A stretch of 63,909 bases of DNA, filler included, from Octopus bimaculoides (lineage: Eukaryota): the NCBI RefSeq assembly GCF_001194135.2. It is 9 parts of 9 records of this genome, joined end to end, with 100 filler letters (N's around TTAATTAATTAA, not from the genome) between each part and the next. Parts side by side here need not be neighbours in the genome. Positions count along the whole stretch, not along the records: positions 15,230 to 34,373 come from NC_068998.1; positions 34,474 to 35,780 come from NC_068986.1; 7 more parts are not named here. One strand, given 5' to 3'. How positions within the stretch are numbered: the first letter of the stretch is position 1; every line of letters begins with the position of its first letter. The notes beneath the pieces are model-generated. The model searched no databases. It had not been told where the DNA came from and saw only the letters and a program-made list of their open reading frames with translations. Made by a program: the position numbers and the translations under genes. Below are positions 24,063 through 35,661 of this stretch, in pieces.

Positions 24063-25172
24063 CTTAATGATTAATATCAAATTTTGATATTGATTCCCGA
24101 TTACTAAGTTTTATGCTAGAAGTATAGCCTATTAAGTTGATACAAGTACATGATTGGTACACATTTTAATGACCAGAATGACAATGATCGCAAAATGTAC
24201 TGGGATAGAGATAGAACAAAATACTAATTGACAACCTGTGTCGTACTCTATTTTCTTCTACCACACCATTTTAATTATAATTACGATCTGTTAACGGCAG
24301 ATGTTTTGAATTCAAGTACGCAGGCGATTGTCAGTTGGATCAATTTCACTTAATTTATGCCAAGATACAAGAAAGGCATGGACATCACAACATTACATCA
24401 GTCTTCTATACACTAGTATGTCTTTTGAAAAACTCAATAATACTATCTGAATGATAAAGCTCTTAATAACAATGTGAGACTGAGATGCGAAAGAAAACAA
24501 AGTAAAAAATTTATGAAATATTGAATTTATCTAAGATGACGCGAAAGTTACATGTCATGTATTGTGATAGGAGTCTATAATAAATTAACTGCTCAGGCAA
24601 AAGCTGAGAGGATCATCTTAGTTATTTATTTCTATTATTAATAACATCTGTTCTGAAATGATTCATTTTCAGGATAAATGTCAATAAACCATTCAGCTGG
24701 ATTAATAAAATAATTCTTTAACGAACGACAGAATAATTCTTTGATCTGATTAACAATGGAATATATCCTTCTCACAAGTTGCGTGGTTTTCTTTTGTGAC
24801 AATGTTTCAAGTATTCTGCGGTTGTGTGCTTCCATTCTTTTTGAATGTTAACACTTTCAGAGAATTATTAATATTTCTCAGTTTATTATATAAATTTCAT
24901 TGTTGTATTTTCAACTGAAGATAATTTTTGATGCACACCCTTCAATGGACAACGTATTTAATCGACCTTTTTATGTTGTCGATACCTTATCATATTGCGC
25001 TTTTAAATCTTCTTAACAAGTGAAAATGTAAAGGTTAACAGCTGTTAAGATTGAACATCGAACCTCAAATAAACAAAGCAGCGACAATACAGCTTCCAGA
25101 CGTCGGCCCCATCTAACACCCCACTCCCCTCCACACGCACGCACGCACGCACGTACGCACGCGCACGCACAC

Positions 25173-25235
<63 letters not shown>

Positions 25236-25326
25236 ACCTAGCGTTCTGTTAAATAAGCTAACAAAACATAATATATATAGCCTCAAACAGAGGGAAAACA
25301 GACACGGAAGCTCGTCAAATCCTCAC

Positions 25327-25450
25327 CAGTTATCGGCCAAAGGATCTCAGCAATTTCGCGCCCTTAATGATAATATTGTTTCCCTTTATTGGCGCCGGCA
25401 GCGAGAAGACACCGGGAAATAGCGAGCGAACGAGCAATGGACCAAACATA
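25327..25450 (-). promoter_or_regulatory. CpG-rich candidate promoter / non-coding first exon
   Basis: Local CpG enrichment (GGCGCCGGCAGCGAG, GCGAGCGAACGAG), strong donor AACTG|gtgagg at 25327/25326, and no ATG in the segment. Confidence 0.3.
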
Positions 25451-25700
25451 ACAGAAAGTGAACATACAAATATGAATCAATATGTAATATACAATATACA
25501 AACGAGATGAATGGTGGACGAACAAGAGATAAAGACGAAAAGAAACAAGATGAAATGTTGTAGACATATGAACAATATAATATAAACAAACAGAATAAGG
25601 CATTAGGGCTAGACAGGAAACGAAAATATGGTTAACGCTAGGAGGAATATCTTAAAGGATTAGAAACAGAGGGATAACAGAGTGACAGCAAAGCGTGTAG

Positions 25701-25798
<98 letters not shown>

Positions 25799-26134
25799 TT
25801 CTACAAAATAGTGAAATATGGAAAATATCAGTATAGGTGCCCAAGAAGCCTGTCACATTCCACGATTATATCTACAGGAAAAACCTTAAAGCGCTGTGTG
25901 AAATAAACCCCAGTCATTGCAAAGCACCATGGCACTGTATCATTCTGCATTTAAAGACTGAAATGAGATGGACACCGGATGAAGGAAAAGTAAAAGAGGC
26001 GGCCCAAGAACTCATAGAAAGAACTTAAATGCACGAGGACTAGAGAAAATTACTGAAGGCCGACTATGCCTGTAGAAGTTTGCTGCTCTATGCGTTGTAC
26101 AACGCGGGAATACCTTAGTCGAAGTAAGTATTAC

Positions 26135-26270
26135 GAGTTGGCGAATTAGCAGTCATTTCGATAGAATGCCTCGAGGTATTTCTTCCGACTCTCTTCGATC
26201 TGAATTCAAATCGATTCTGAGGCCAACTTTACCTCTCATCTTTCGGGGATTGATAAAAAAGTATCAACGT
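26135..26270 (+). mobile_element. Degenerate 5' part of SINE family A
   Basis: CTGAATTCAAATCGATTCTGAGGCCAACTTTACCTCTCATCTTTCGGGG. Confidence 0.65.
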
Positions 26271-27298
26271 AGGGCGTCGACTGGAAGAACGGTTAGAGTC
26301 GGGCGTGATGTGTTGTGGTATCTCGAGTTTTTGAGTTCTGACATTGGCACCGAACTGTATCGGCCATAATTAGTCTCCACATCAATGCCATGGAGTGAGA
26401 TGAGACTTGTATATTAGGACAACTGCGCATGCATATACGAATGCTTGATTGATCGTTCATCTACACAGGTATGTAAGCCTCCTAGTTAACATTTAATCGT
26501 AGGAGTGAGGTGGCATGAGGAACAACGGTCACTAGGTTCACTCTGCTGCTGGCGTTTTATTATTTTTCTGGGTGGTATTCTTTGTTCTACACACTCTCAC
26601 TTAACATAGCTCCATGGGATACATATTAAATCATTCCGAATGTTCAGTTTCATCATCCTCGCCCTATAAACAAGTTCGGTTTACTACTTGATTGTGATGG
26701 CTGATGTGTACATCAGTTTATGTTGCGATGGAGCTGCAGTCGTTACCCACCAGCTCCATGTGTTAAATGTTTTCTATTCTAGCGAAAAAAATATATTATA
26801 GCTAGTAAGGCTAGAGACATTTCTAGGATTAAATTAATTAATAATAAAAGTTAGCAGTTGAATGGAAAACCACTTGCAATATTTAAGAGCACGAAATTGC
26901 TGGTTTTTGGTTTGTGCTAAAAATTTGAAACTCATATTCAATCTCGTCCTTTATGCTCTGAGTTCACATCTTGCGTTCGGAACTTACTACGTACGTACGT
27001 ACGTATGTATGTATGTATGTATGTATGTATGTATGTATGTATGTATGTATGTATGTATGTATGTAGTCAAATTAATAAAAAAACAATCAAATTAACAATA
27101 AGAGGGAACAAAAGGAATTATACAAGGAACATATTAGTTTGACGATCGGTGAGAAGAGAGAGTTTTTGACATTTCGAACATAGCTCTTCGTCGGAAACAA
27201 AAAAGGGTAAGTCCTAAGAAGGATGTATGCATATGCATACAAACACACACTCACACATACTCTCTCTGTCTCTCTCTGTCTCTCTCTGTCTGTCTGTC

Positions 27299-27383
<85 letters not shown>

Positions 27384-28371
27384 NNNNNNNNNNNNNNNNN
27401 NNNNNNNNNNNNNNNNNNNNNNNNNNNNNNNNNNNNNNNNNNNNNNNNNNNNNNNNNNNNNNNNNNNNNNNNNNNNNNNNNNNNNNNNNNNNNNNNNNNN
27501 NNNNNNNNNNNNNNNNNNNNNNNNNNNNNNNNNNNNNNNNNNNNNNNNNNNNNNNNNNNNNNNNNNNNNNNNNNNNNNNNNNNNNNNNNNNNNNNNNNNN
27601 NNNNNNNNNNNNNNNNNNNNNNNNNNNNNNNNNNNNNNNNNNNNNNNNNNNNNNNNNNNNNNNNNNNNNNNNNNNNNNNNNNNNNNNNNNNNNNNNNNNN
27701 NNNNNNNNNNNNNNNNNNNNNNNNNNNNNNNNNNNNNNNNNNNNNNNNNNNNNNNNNNNNNNNNNNNNNNNNNNNNNNNNNNNNNNNNNNNNNNNNNNNN
27801 NNNNNNNNNNNNNNNNNNNNNNNNNNNNNNNNNNNNNNNNNNNNNNNNNNNNNNNNNNNNNNNNNNNNNNNNNNNNNNNNNNNNNNNNNNNNNNNNNNNN
27901 NNNNNNNNNNNNNNNNNNNNNNNNNNNNNNNNNNNNNNNNNNNNNNNNNNNNNNNNNNNNNNNNNNNNNNNNNNNNNNNNNNNNNNNNNNNNNNNNNNNN
28001 NNNNNNNNNNNNNNNNNNNNNNNNNNNNNNNNNNNNNNNNNNNNNNNNNNNNNNNNNNNNNNNNNNNNNNNNNNNNNNNNNNNNNNNNNNNNNNNNNNNN
28101 NNNNNNNNNNNNNNNNNNNNNNNNNNNNNNNNNNNNNNNNNNNNNNNNNAGCTTGATTGCAAAATGCAATAAATCCATTTTCACTGAATTGAGAAAACTA
28201 ACATTTTCTTAGAAAATTATTATTTTAAAATCTCACAACGTGAGATATCCAGCAACAGTACTTTGCAGTAAAGATTGTTTGCCAACATAACATGGCACGC
28301 AAGATGTGAACTCAGACAACTATATATTTCGAACGAGAATTTGGCAGCGCCACCTCTAGCCGAGCAATTAT

Positions 28372-28416
28372 TCTGTGCTGATGAAGGGAAATGACCCAGA
28401 AGTCGCGATACACAGA
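28372..28416 (+). ncRNA. Minimal type I hammerhead ribozyme-like motif
   Basis: TCTGTG-CTGATGA-AGGG.AAATGA.CCCA-GAAG-T.CGCG.A-TA-CACAGA: perfect 6-bp helix I, CUGAUGA box, GGG/CCC helix II, palindromic CGCG helix III cap, AUA triplet. A15.1 reads G. Confidence 0.7.
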
Positions 28417-28867
28417 TATTGTTTTGAGCTGAGTGGGGGTACTAGATTTCTTTGTTCGAAAATATATGGACACAAATCGTGTCGTATAGCCAGCTGGAGA
28501 CGATGTCTCCTGGGACTAAATTACAGTAACATTAGTCCTAAACCAGGACTGCCATGTTATGTCGGCAAACAATCTTTACTACATAACATTTTCTATTACG
28601 AATATTTCTTGAAGAGTCACATCCATACTTTTATTTGTGATTATCTAACTCTATGAAAATCACACATTCAGCTAAAATCTAGGTATGCATGGAAAATCAA
28701 CGCATTTTATTGATTTTCGGTCAAAACGCAATAAATCCATCATATCCTTTTATTGCAAAACGTAATAAATCCAAGTTGTCTATCGCACAAGGGTATTTAT
28801 TAAATTTCGACTTGGTGAAGAATACTTTTGGACAGCAGGTAGATCAGTCTCACACACACGCGCGCGC

Positions 28868-28904
<37 letters not shown>

Positions 28905-29022
28905 TACATACACACGCGCACACACACATACACACACTGGTTAGCGCAACCGGTCATGCAGAGACAATCATACAGGCATTTGTACACAAGACAGTGTACA
29001 TCACATACAAACACATGCTTGC

Positions 29023-29060
<38 letters not shown>

Positions 29061-29130
29061 ACACACAATGCAAAGATTGTGGACAATGGAGCAATCAGAC
29101 AGATTTACACACACATTATGTAATACAACA

Positions 29131-29319
29131 TTCTTTTCTACTCTAGGCACAAGTCCCAAAATTTTTGCGGAGGGGACCAGTCGATTAGATGGACCACAGT
29201 ATGCAACTGGTACTTAATTTATAGACCTCGAAAGGATGAAAGGCAAAGTCGACCTCGACAGAATTTGAACTCAGAACGTAAAGACAGACGAAATATCGTT
29301 AAGCAAGCATTTCACCCGG
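29131..29319 (-). mobile_element. SINE family A (head cut by gap)
   Basis: Family A core, near full length. Confidence 0.9.
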
Positions 29320-29427
29320 NNNNNNNNNNNNNNNNNNNNNNNNNNNNNNNNNNNNNNNNNNNNNNNNNNNNNNNNNNNNNNNNNNNNNNNNNNNNNNNNN
29401 NNNNNNNNNNNNNNNNNNNNNNNNNNN

Positions 29428-29490
<63 letters not shown>

Positions 29491-30342
29491 CACACCCACA
29501 CTCGCTCTTTTCTCTCTCATACACACACGTACACATGCACACCAGACACGCGCCGTGCCGCGCGCTCACGCACGCACACACACACGCACAATGCATATTG
29601 TGGGTAATGGAGCAATCGGACAGGTTTACACTCACATTATGTAATACAACATTACACACACCCACACTCACTATTTTATCTCGCATGCACACGCGCGCGC
29701 ACAAACACACACCACACATATGCAGTGCCGCGCACGCGCACACACACTTTATTTTTGTTGTAGCCATAAACTGTTTAACTATATTATTCTTGGTCAACTT
29801 AGAATATTAATGCTTGCGGGTACATATATACATATTTAAGGGTTAATATTAAGAAAATCCAGCTTTTTTTTACTTAACGTTTTCAATTTTCTACCTTGAT
29901 GTTCAATTTTGGCCTGACTATTGACAGAATTCCCACCTGTCAGTTACATGTATGTAATGCTTTCATGAACAAAATTCTAGATTTCTCATCTAACTTGAAA
30001 TAACTCAAATTTTCTAAGTATTGGCATATATAAGCCTTTTCTGGTTATGTCATAACACGGATCACTGATATGTGTTTAGGATTCCAAGAACAGAAAAGAA
30101 TTTTCATTTTACTACTGTTATCCCTGCTTCAACACACACAGCTTGTGTCAATAGACCAGTTCAATAATGTATTCAGATTTTAATGTTTTATCCAGACAAT
30201 CCTGGTAGCCAGCTTGTTTATATGTGGCAGGTAATTGTCCCCCAAAACATTGACAATGCATAAGTAAGTTGTTGCTATGTTGGGCTGAGACAAGCCTTTG
30301 TAGTTATTAGTGGGAACTATTGTCAGAAGCGTTTGGTGTGTT

Positions 30343-30479
30343 TCACGGGTAGTGTCTTTTTAAATGCAGAAAAATTTGTCGGCAGCCAGCCATATTCGCA
30401 TTTTGATCGAATCCCCAACGAGTTAACACTGGATCTCCTAACGACAATGTAAACTTCATATAATCAAGGTATCCTTGAC
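30343..30479 (-). CDS. Candidate coding exon of a second unidentified gene
   Basis: Acceptor tagctactcttcag|GT with an in-frame stop just upstream. Encodes (G)QGYLDYMKFTLSLGDPVLTRWGFDQNANMAGCRQIFLHLKRHYP*; an alternative weak donor CC|gtgaaa lies at 30347. Confidence 0.45.
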
Positions 30480-30787
30480 CTGAAGAGTAGCTAGCGGTCT
30501 AGTCCTCGTTTGAATAATTTACTACTTCCGAGATTCTGCTAGCTTTGAAACATATGTAGTCCCTAATTTTTGAATGTTTATTCGCATATACAACAACCCT
30601 TGTTGCTAATAGTGACCTATGAAATTAACTGTTTCCATTTTATCGTACTTCGATACGGGAAAACTTTACAACCTTCTGCGCCAATAAACCACTGTTATTC
30701 CAGAAAGTTGTTTTTTTTATATCTTCTATGGATTGCTTGAAGGTCACTAACTTCTCGCACCTTGATCTTTGGATCTTACCTTTGCAC

Positions 30788-30827
<40 letters not shown>

Positions 30828-32816
30828 NNNNNNNNNNNNNNNNNNNNNNNNNNNNNNNNNNNNNNNNNNNNNNNNNNNNNNNNNNNNNNNNNNNNNNNNN
30901 NNNNNNNNNNNNNNNNNNNNNNNNNNNNNNNNNNNNNNNNNNNNNNNNNNNNNNNNNNNNNNNNNNNNNNNNNNNNNNNNNNNNNNNNNNNNNNNNNNNN
31001 NNNNNNNNNNNNNNNNNNNNNNNNNATATATATATATATATATATATAATGCCAATCTCATATTCCTTTCTATAAACAGTAATATTACCAATATGAGAAA
31101 AATCATTTCCACATTGTTACACATACATGCATACATACACATACGCACGCGCGTAACAGAAGAATCTGTGCATGTTTCTGATAAGTAAACTTTTGATCAT
31201 CACTGCTATTGTATGAGAAATGACTTCTTTATAGTTGGTCTATTACATACTTTTGTTAATTAGTGCTATTGCTGTTAGTTGCTACAGCTATTGTAGTCAT
31301 TAATAACAGCTATTGTACTTAGTAATTACTTCGAATGTAGTTAGTTTATTACAAATCATTACTAATTACTACAATTATCGTTAGTCTATTACATACCTTT
31401 AACAATTACTGGTATCGTAGTTAGTCCGTTACACACCTTTGGTATTGATTGCTATTGCAGTTAATTTATTAAAAATCAATGAACTGCATTATTTCAGTTG
31501 ATGAATTGAAAATGTGGAATCGTTAAAATATTTTCATTAAATCGCTAATTTATTGTCTTTCTTGCATTGTTTGAGTCTTTTATGGAACAGATCTTGCAAT
31601 GCTAATAAAATAAATTAGAACAGGAAATTGTATTTCATTTATACATGAAAGCTCATTCGTCTAATAAAATTGATCCTTATTATTATTATTTTTTTTCAAA
31701 TTGGCCACCGGCGCAAATAAACGCCCCTGCAAAGATTTTAGAACAGTTTCTCAGAAACTTTGACTGTCGTATTAAATTTGCTCTGGAGATTTTCTTCCAG
31801 AATATTGAAATTATTGAGATTTATTTGTGAATATCATTCGAAGTCGCCTTTATTTTACTAGTTTCATAGAAAAGAATATATTTCTTAATTCTTCCCCAAA
31901 TTCATGGTGATCTATAAAAGAAATATCACCGAACGAAATAGAGATAGTCTTTTCATTTTACTTACGAAGAAGATGGAACTATAATAAAATCAATAAAGCT
32001 AAAATGTTACAGTTATTGGTTTTTGGTATTTTACAAATCCCCTAATTTATTCTCTGAACAAGTAAAGAAAATAAATAAATAAATATTAAAACGAAGAGAA
32101 CACACAAACGTGTTGGAACACCCGTTAGGACATAATCTTCTAAAAATTTACAAATTCAAAGATGCAATACATTCTTTTTTTCTTTTTTGCAAGTATTTAA
32201 AAATGTAAGTTAAACATTAGTTCTTGTGAGCATTTATGCGTATCGAACAGTTCCCTAGAAATCTTTCCGCTGCTTTTTCCTGATTTACTGATCCAGCTGC
32301 TAGGCATGTTTTCCCCAGTTATTTTACGAACGTTTTTCTATCTATTTTATTTCTCTTCTTGTTGTCAGTATATTATACAGTTTTACATTATGACATTACT
32401 GAAGTAAAAATTTTTATCACTAAACGATCCTCAAAAACCACTCTTTCCTTTCTCTTATATCACTACCACTGAAAACCGCTTCAGCTTAAGATTCCATTTT
32501 GTGAAATGGAGCGTAGGTGGCAATGGAACATACTTAATTCAGGGATAATACGTTTTGCAGTATTTCACGTTACACTGACATAATTCCCAACCGTTATGAC
32601 AGTACAGTTGAACAATCAGATTTTTATGTAATGATAATATTTAGAGGGTGTGAAGTTTGTTTGATAAATTGAAATACTGCTAAGCCACCAATGAATTATT
32701 GACGATGCAGTATTTATTGTGGTGTCATGTATGTGAAGTGTTGTGAACAAGAGCGACACATAACAACTGTTGTTTTCAGTGTCAGTACATTTAATTTGTT
32801 TAAGTACCTGAAACAG

Positions 32817-32847
<31 letters not shown>

Positions 32848-34202
32848 CAAGACATCGACGGCGAAAAAATGCACCATACAATCGATGAGGTGGTTGAACT
32901 CGAAGTCATAAAATTATGCTGTCAAACTCAGCCTATTTGGCTTGACTGAAGAATGAAATTTGCTGAAGTTTCCGGCGCTTGGTAATTTACATTTGAAATA
33001 TTAAAATAGTGCAAAATTAAATAAATTATAATCTTACTGTAAAATAGAGTTCTGACACGTTCACCAAAAGCTGCAAAAGAAGTACTAGATTAATCTATTC
33101 TCTATTTCATTTGGGGTGAAACCATACCATAACATAAATCAATTTAATTTGTTTATCGAAAGACTGCCATTGACATAATAGACATAATACAAAGAGGACA
33201 TAACTGGTACAATAAACAATAGTTTAAATCGTTATTCTCTTAGGAGAAACGAAGAAACTACTGTTGATATTATCGTTTATATTCAACAACGTTCTTCTAA
33301 TTACACAACATTATTTAAGTTGTTTGCTCTCATTTCTCTCTACTTGAGCTGGCTTTATCACAAGAGTACTTTATAAAATAGCATCAGTTGGGATTATAAT
33401 TATGTCAATATTATCGTTCACGTCGCTGCTGTCACCAAATCCCACCACGATTACTACCATCCAAAAAACATGAGAAATAAACCAACATCAAAACAACACA
33501 CAAGACACGAGAAATAAAATCAGCAGCTTCCTATTTAAAAAAAAAAATTAGAACCCAATTTAAGTGTCGTTAAGTTGCTATATCCGAAAAGTCTTAGTAA
33601 CAGATACTATAGATTAGTGGTAAGTTGTTGATGTTACGACGCCTGCAACGTGGTTTCAGTTCTAAAAGCTTATGGCTTCATTTCTATCACTGTTGCTTTC
33701 CTTTGGGTTAAATTATCGCGTTCGCGAAAGAAACAAATCCAACATTTTCAGGTGTCGAGCAAAAGTTCTTATAAAATCAGTTGGTCATATTATATATTCT
33801 CTTTTTATTGAAATAAAGAAGACAGAAAATAACTATTATTAGATGTAATAAAACACAAATATGTTTTATTAAGTTATTAAGTTTGGTAGAAGGAAACTGA
33901 AACAACAGATGGAGGGAGGGAGAAGTAGAGAAAGAGTTGGAGAGGTTAAATGTAAGGAAAGAAAAGTGAAAGAATTGTAATTTCAGTGGCTGGAGTTGCA
34001 GGCATTTTGATCAAAACGAAACTGCAAATTTTGTAAATTTTCACTCCATATTTTATATATAAAAGAAAAGAAAAGAAAAGAAAGAACTGAAAATAAAACA
34101 CGACATCTTTAATACAGTTCTATATTTAAGAGATGAAGAATTATGTACATTATTTACATCATTTACATTTCACGGATATTTGTCCTCATCTTGTTTGTTG
34201 TT

Positions 34203-34248
34203 AACACAACGTTTCGGTTAATATACCCTCCAGCCTTCATCAGGTGTC
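34203..34248 (-). ncRNA. Minimal type I hammerhead ribozyme motif in a Penelope-type terminal-repeat-like segment (about 34085-34373)
   Basis: Minus strand GACAC-CTGATGA-A-GGCTG.GAGGGTATAT.TAACC-GAAAC-GTT-GTGTT: helix I GACAC/GUGUU, intact boxes, palindromic AACGUU helix III, one helix II mismatch; followed on + by (ATT)n. Confidence 0.75.
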
Positions 34249-34311
34249 TTGGGGAAATTTCGAACCTGGGTTCTCATTCCTAAGGTATTTTTGATGTTAT
34301 TATTATTATTA

Positions 34312-34373
<62 letters not shown>

Positions 34374-34687
34374 NNNNNNNNNNNNNNNNNNNNNNNNNNN
34401 NNNNNNNNNNNNNNNNNTTAATTAATTAANNNNNNNNNNNNNNNNNNNNNNNNNNNNNNNNNNNNNNNNNNNNATTATGTTCAAAGTAGCTTCTGGAATG
34501 TGGTGAATTGCTGCAGTCTGTTGCTGTCATTTTAAACCGGTTGCTGTCTTTCCCCAGCAAACGCTCTTCTTTGGAGGCATAATCTATGTATATATTAAAC
34601 AGAACAACAAAAGTTATAATAGATGGCAGGGTCGGTACTTTTCACATATCTGTAATTTTTCAGATTAACACACGCACGATTACCCAG

Positions 34688-34858
34688 CCTAATTCTAAAC
34701 CTAATCCTAACACTAACCCTAACACTAACCCTAAACCCTAACCCTAAAACCCTAACCCTGACCCTAAAACCGTAACAGTAACACTAATCCTAACTCTAAC
34801 CGTAACCGTAACCCTAAACTCTAACCTTGACCCTAAAACCCTAACCCTAACACCCTAG
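34688..34858. repeat. Degenerate telomere-like (CCCTAA)n array
   Basis: CCCTAA, CCCTAAA, CACTAA and CCGTAA variant units read directly. Confidence 0.85.
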
Positions 34859-35465
34859 TGAAAATCGTGGTATATTTACAAAACGTTGACGAACATGAGT
34901 TATATTTTACTGAATGATTGTGTACTTGCACGTGTATGCGTTTGAGAGAGCGAGAGAGGAAGAGGTAGAGACAGGGGCGGGGGAAAGGAATAGAGGCAGT
35001 TAAAAGTTTTCTTATGGCGGCTTCTCTTCACTGCCTATTATTTCATTAGAAATCTAAGGATGCACATAANNNNNNNNNNGTTATGAAAAATAGGTAAAGA
35101 ATACTGAGATGAAAGTTTAATCTATGACCATGTATGTATCACTTTCTCTCTCTGTCCCTCTCCCTCGTTTACTCTTACTCTCTATATTTTTATGTTGAGC
35201 GCGTGTGTAAGAACGGCGTTCCAGGTAGAAGGGAAGAAATATCAAAGTTGCTAGAACAACAGCCAAATCTCCCTTAAATCACACAAAGTAAATGGAATTT
35301 AAAAAATTTAATTACTGCACTGGAAAGTTCACATCAAGAAAATTTCATTGATGTAAAAGATTTTACAAAAAAGTGGAAAATGTGGATTTCTATAAACTTT
35401 TAAAAGGCTTCACACAGACACACAGCTTCAGCTTTATATATTAAGATATAGATATATATATATAT

Positions 35466-35661
35466 AATCAAAATAAGCAACAAGGATATCCAGAGGTAAT
35501 GCAGTACAATTGTTTCATGCAACTCCTTTTAATTGAGCGGCCGAGCTGAGGATTGCTCTGCATTTTAAATTGATGTAATGATTATATTGTTCAATTAAAT
35601 GGAGTTGCATGAAACGATCATACTGCATTACCTCTGGATATCCTTCTTGGTTATTTTGATT
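35466..35661. mobile_element. About 196-bp hairpin element with about 70-bp inverted arms
   Basis: AATCAAAATAAGCAACAAGGATATCCAGAGGTAATGCAGTA...TTTCATGCAACTCC is mirrored at 35591-35661. Confidence 0.88.

Noticed and set aside
24638-24835. 65-aa minus ORF as a standalone gene or Penelope GIY-YIG piece
   Set aside because: Motif order does not fit PLE and the length is within chance for AT-rich DNA; kept only as a possible start exon.
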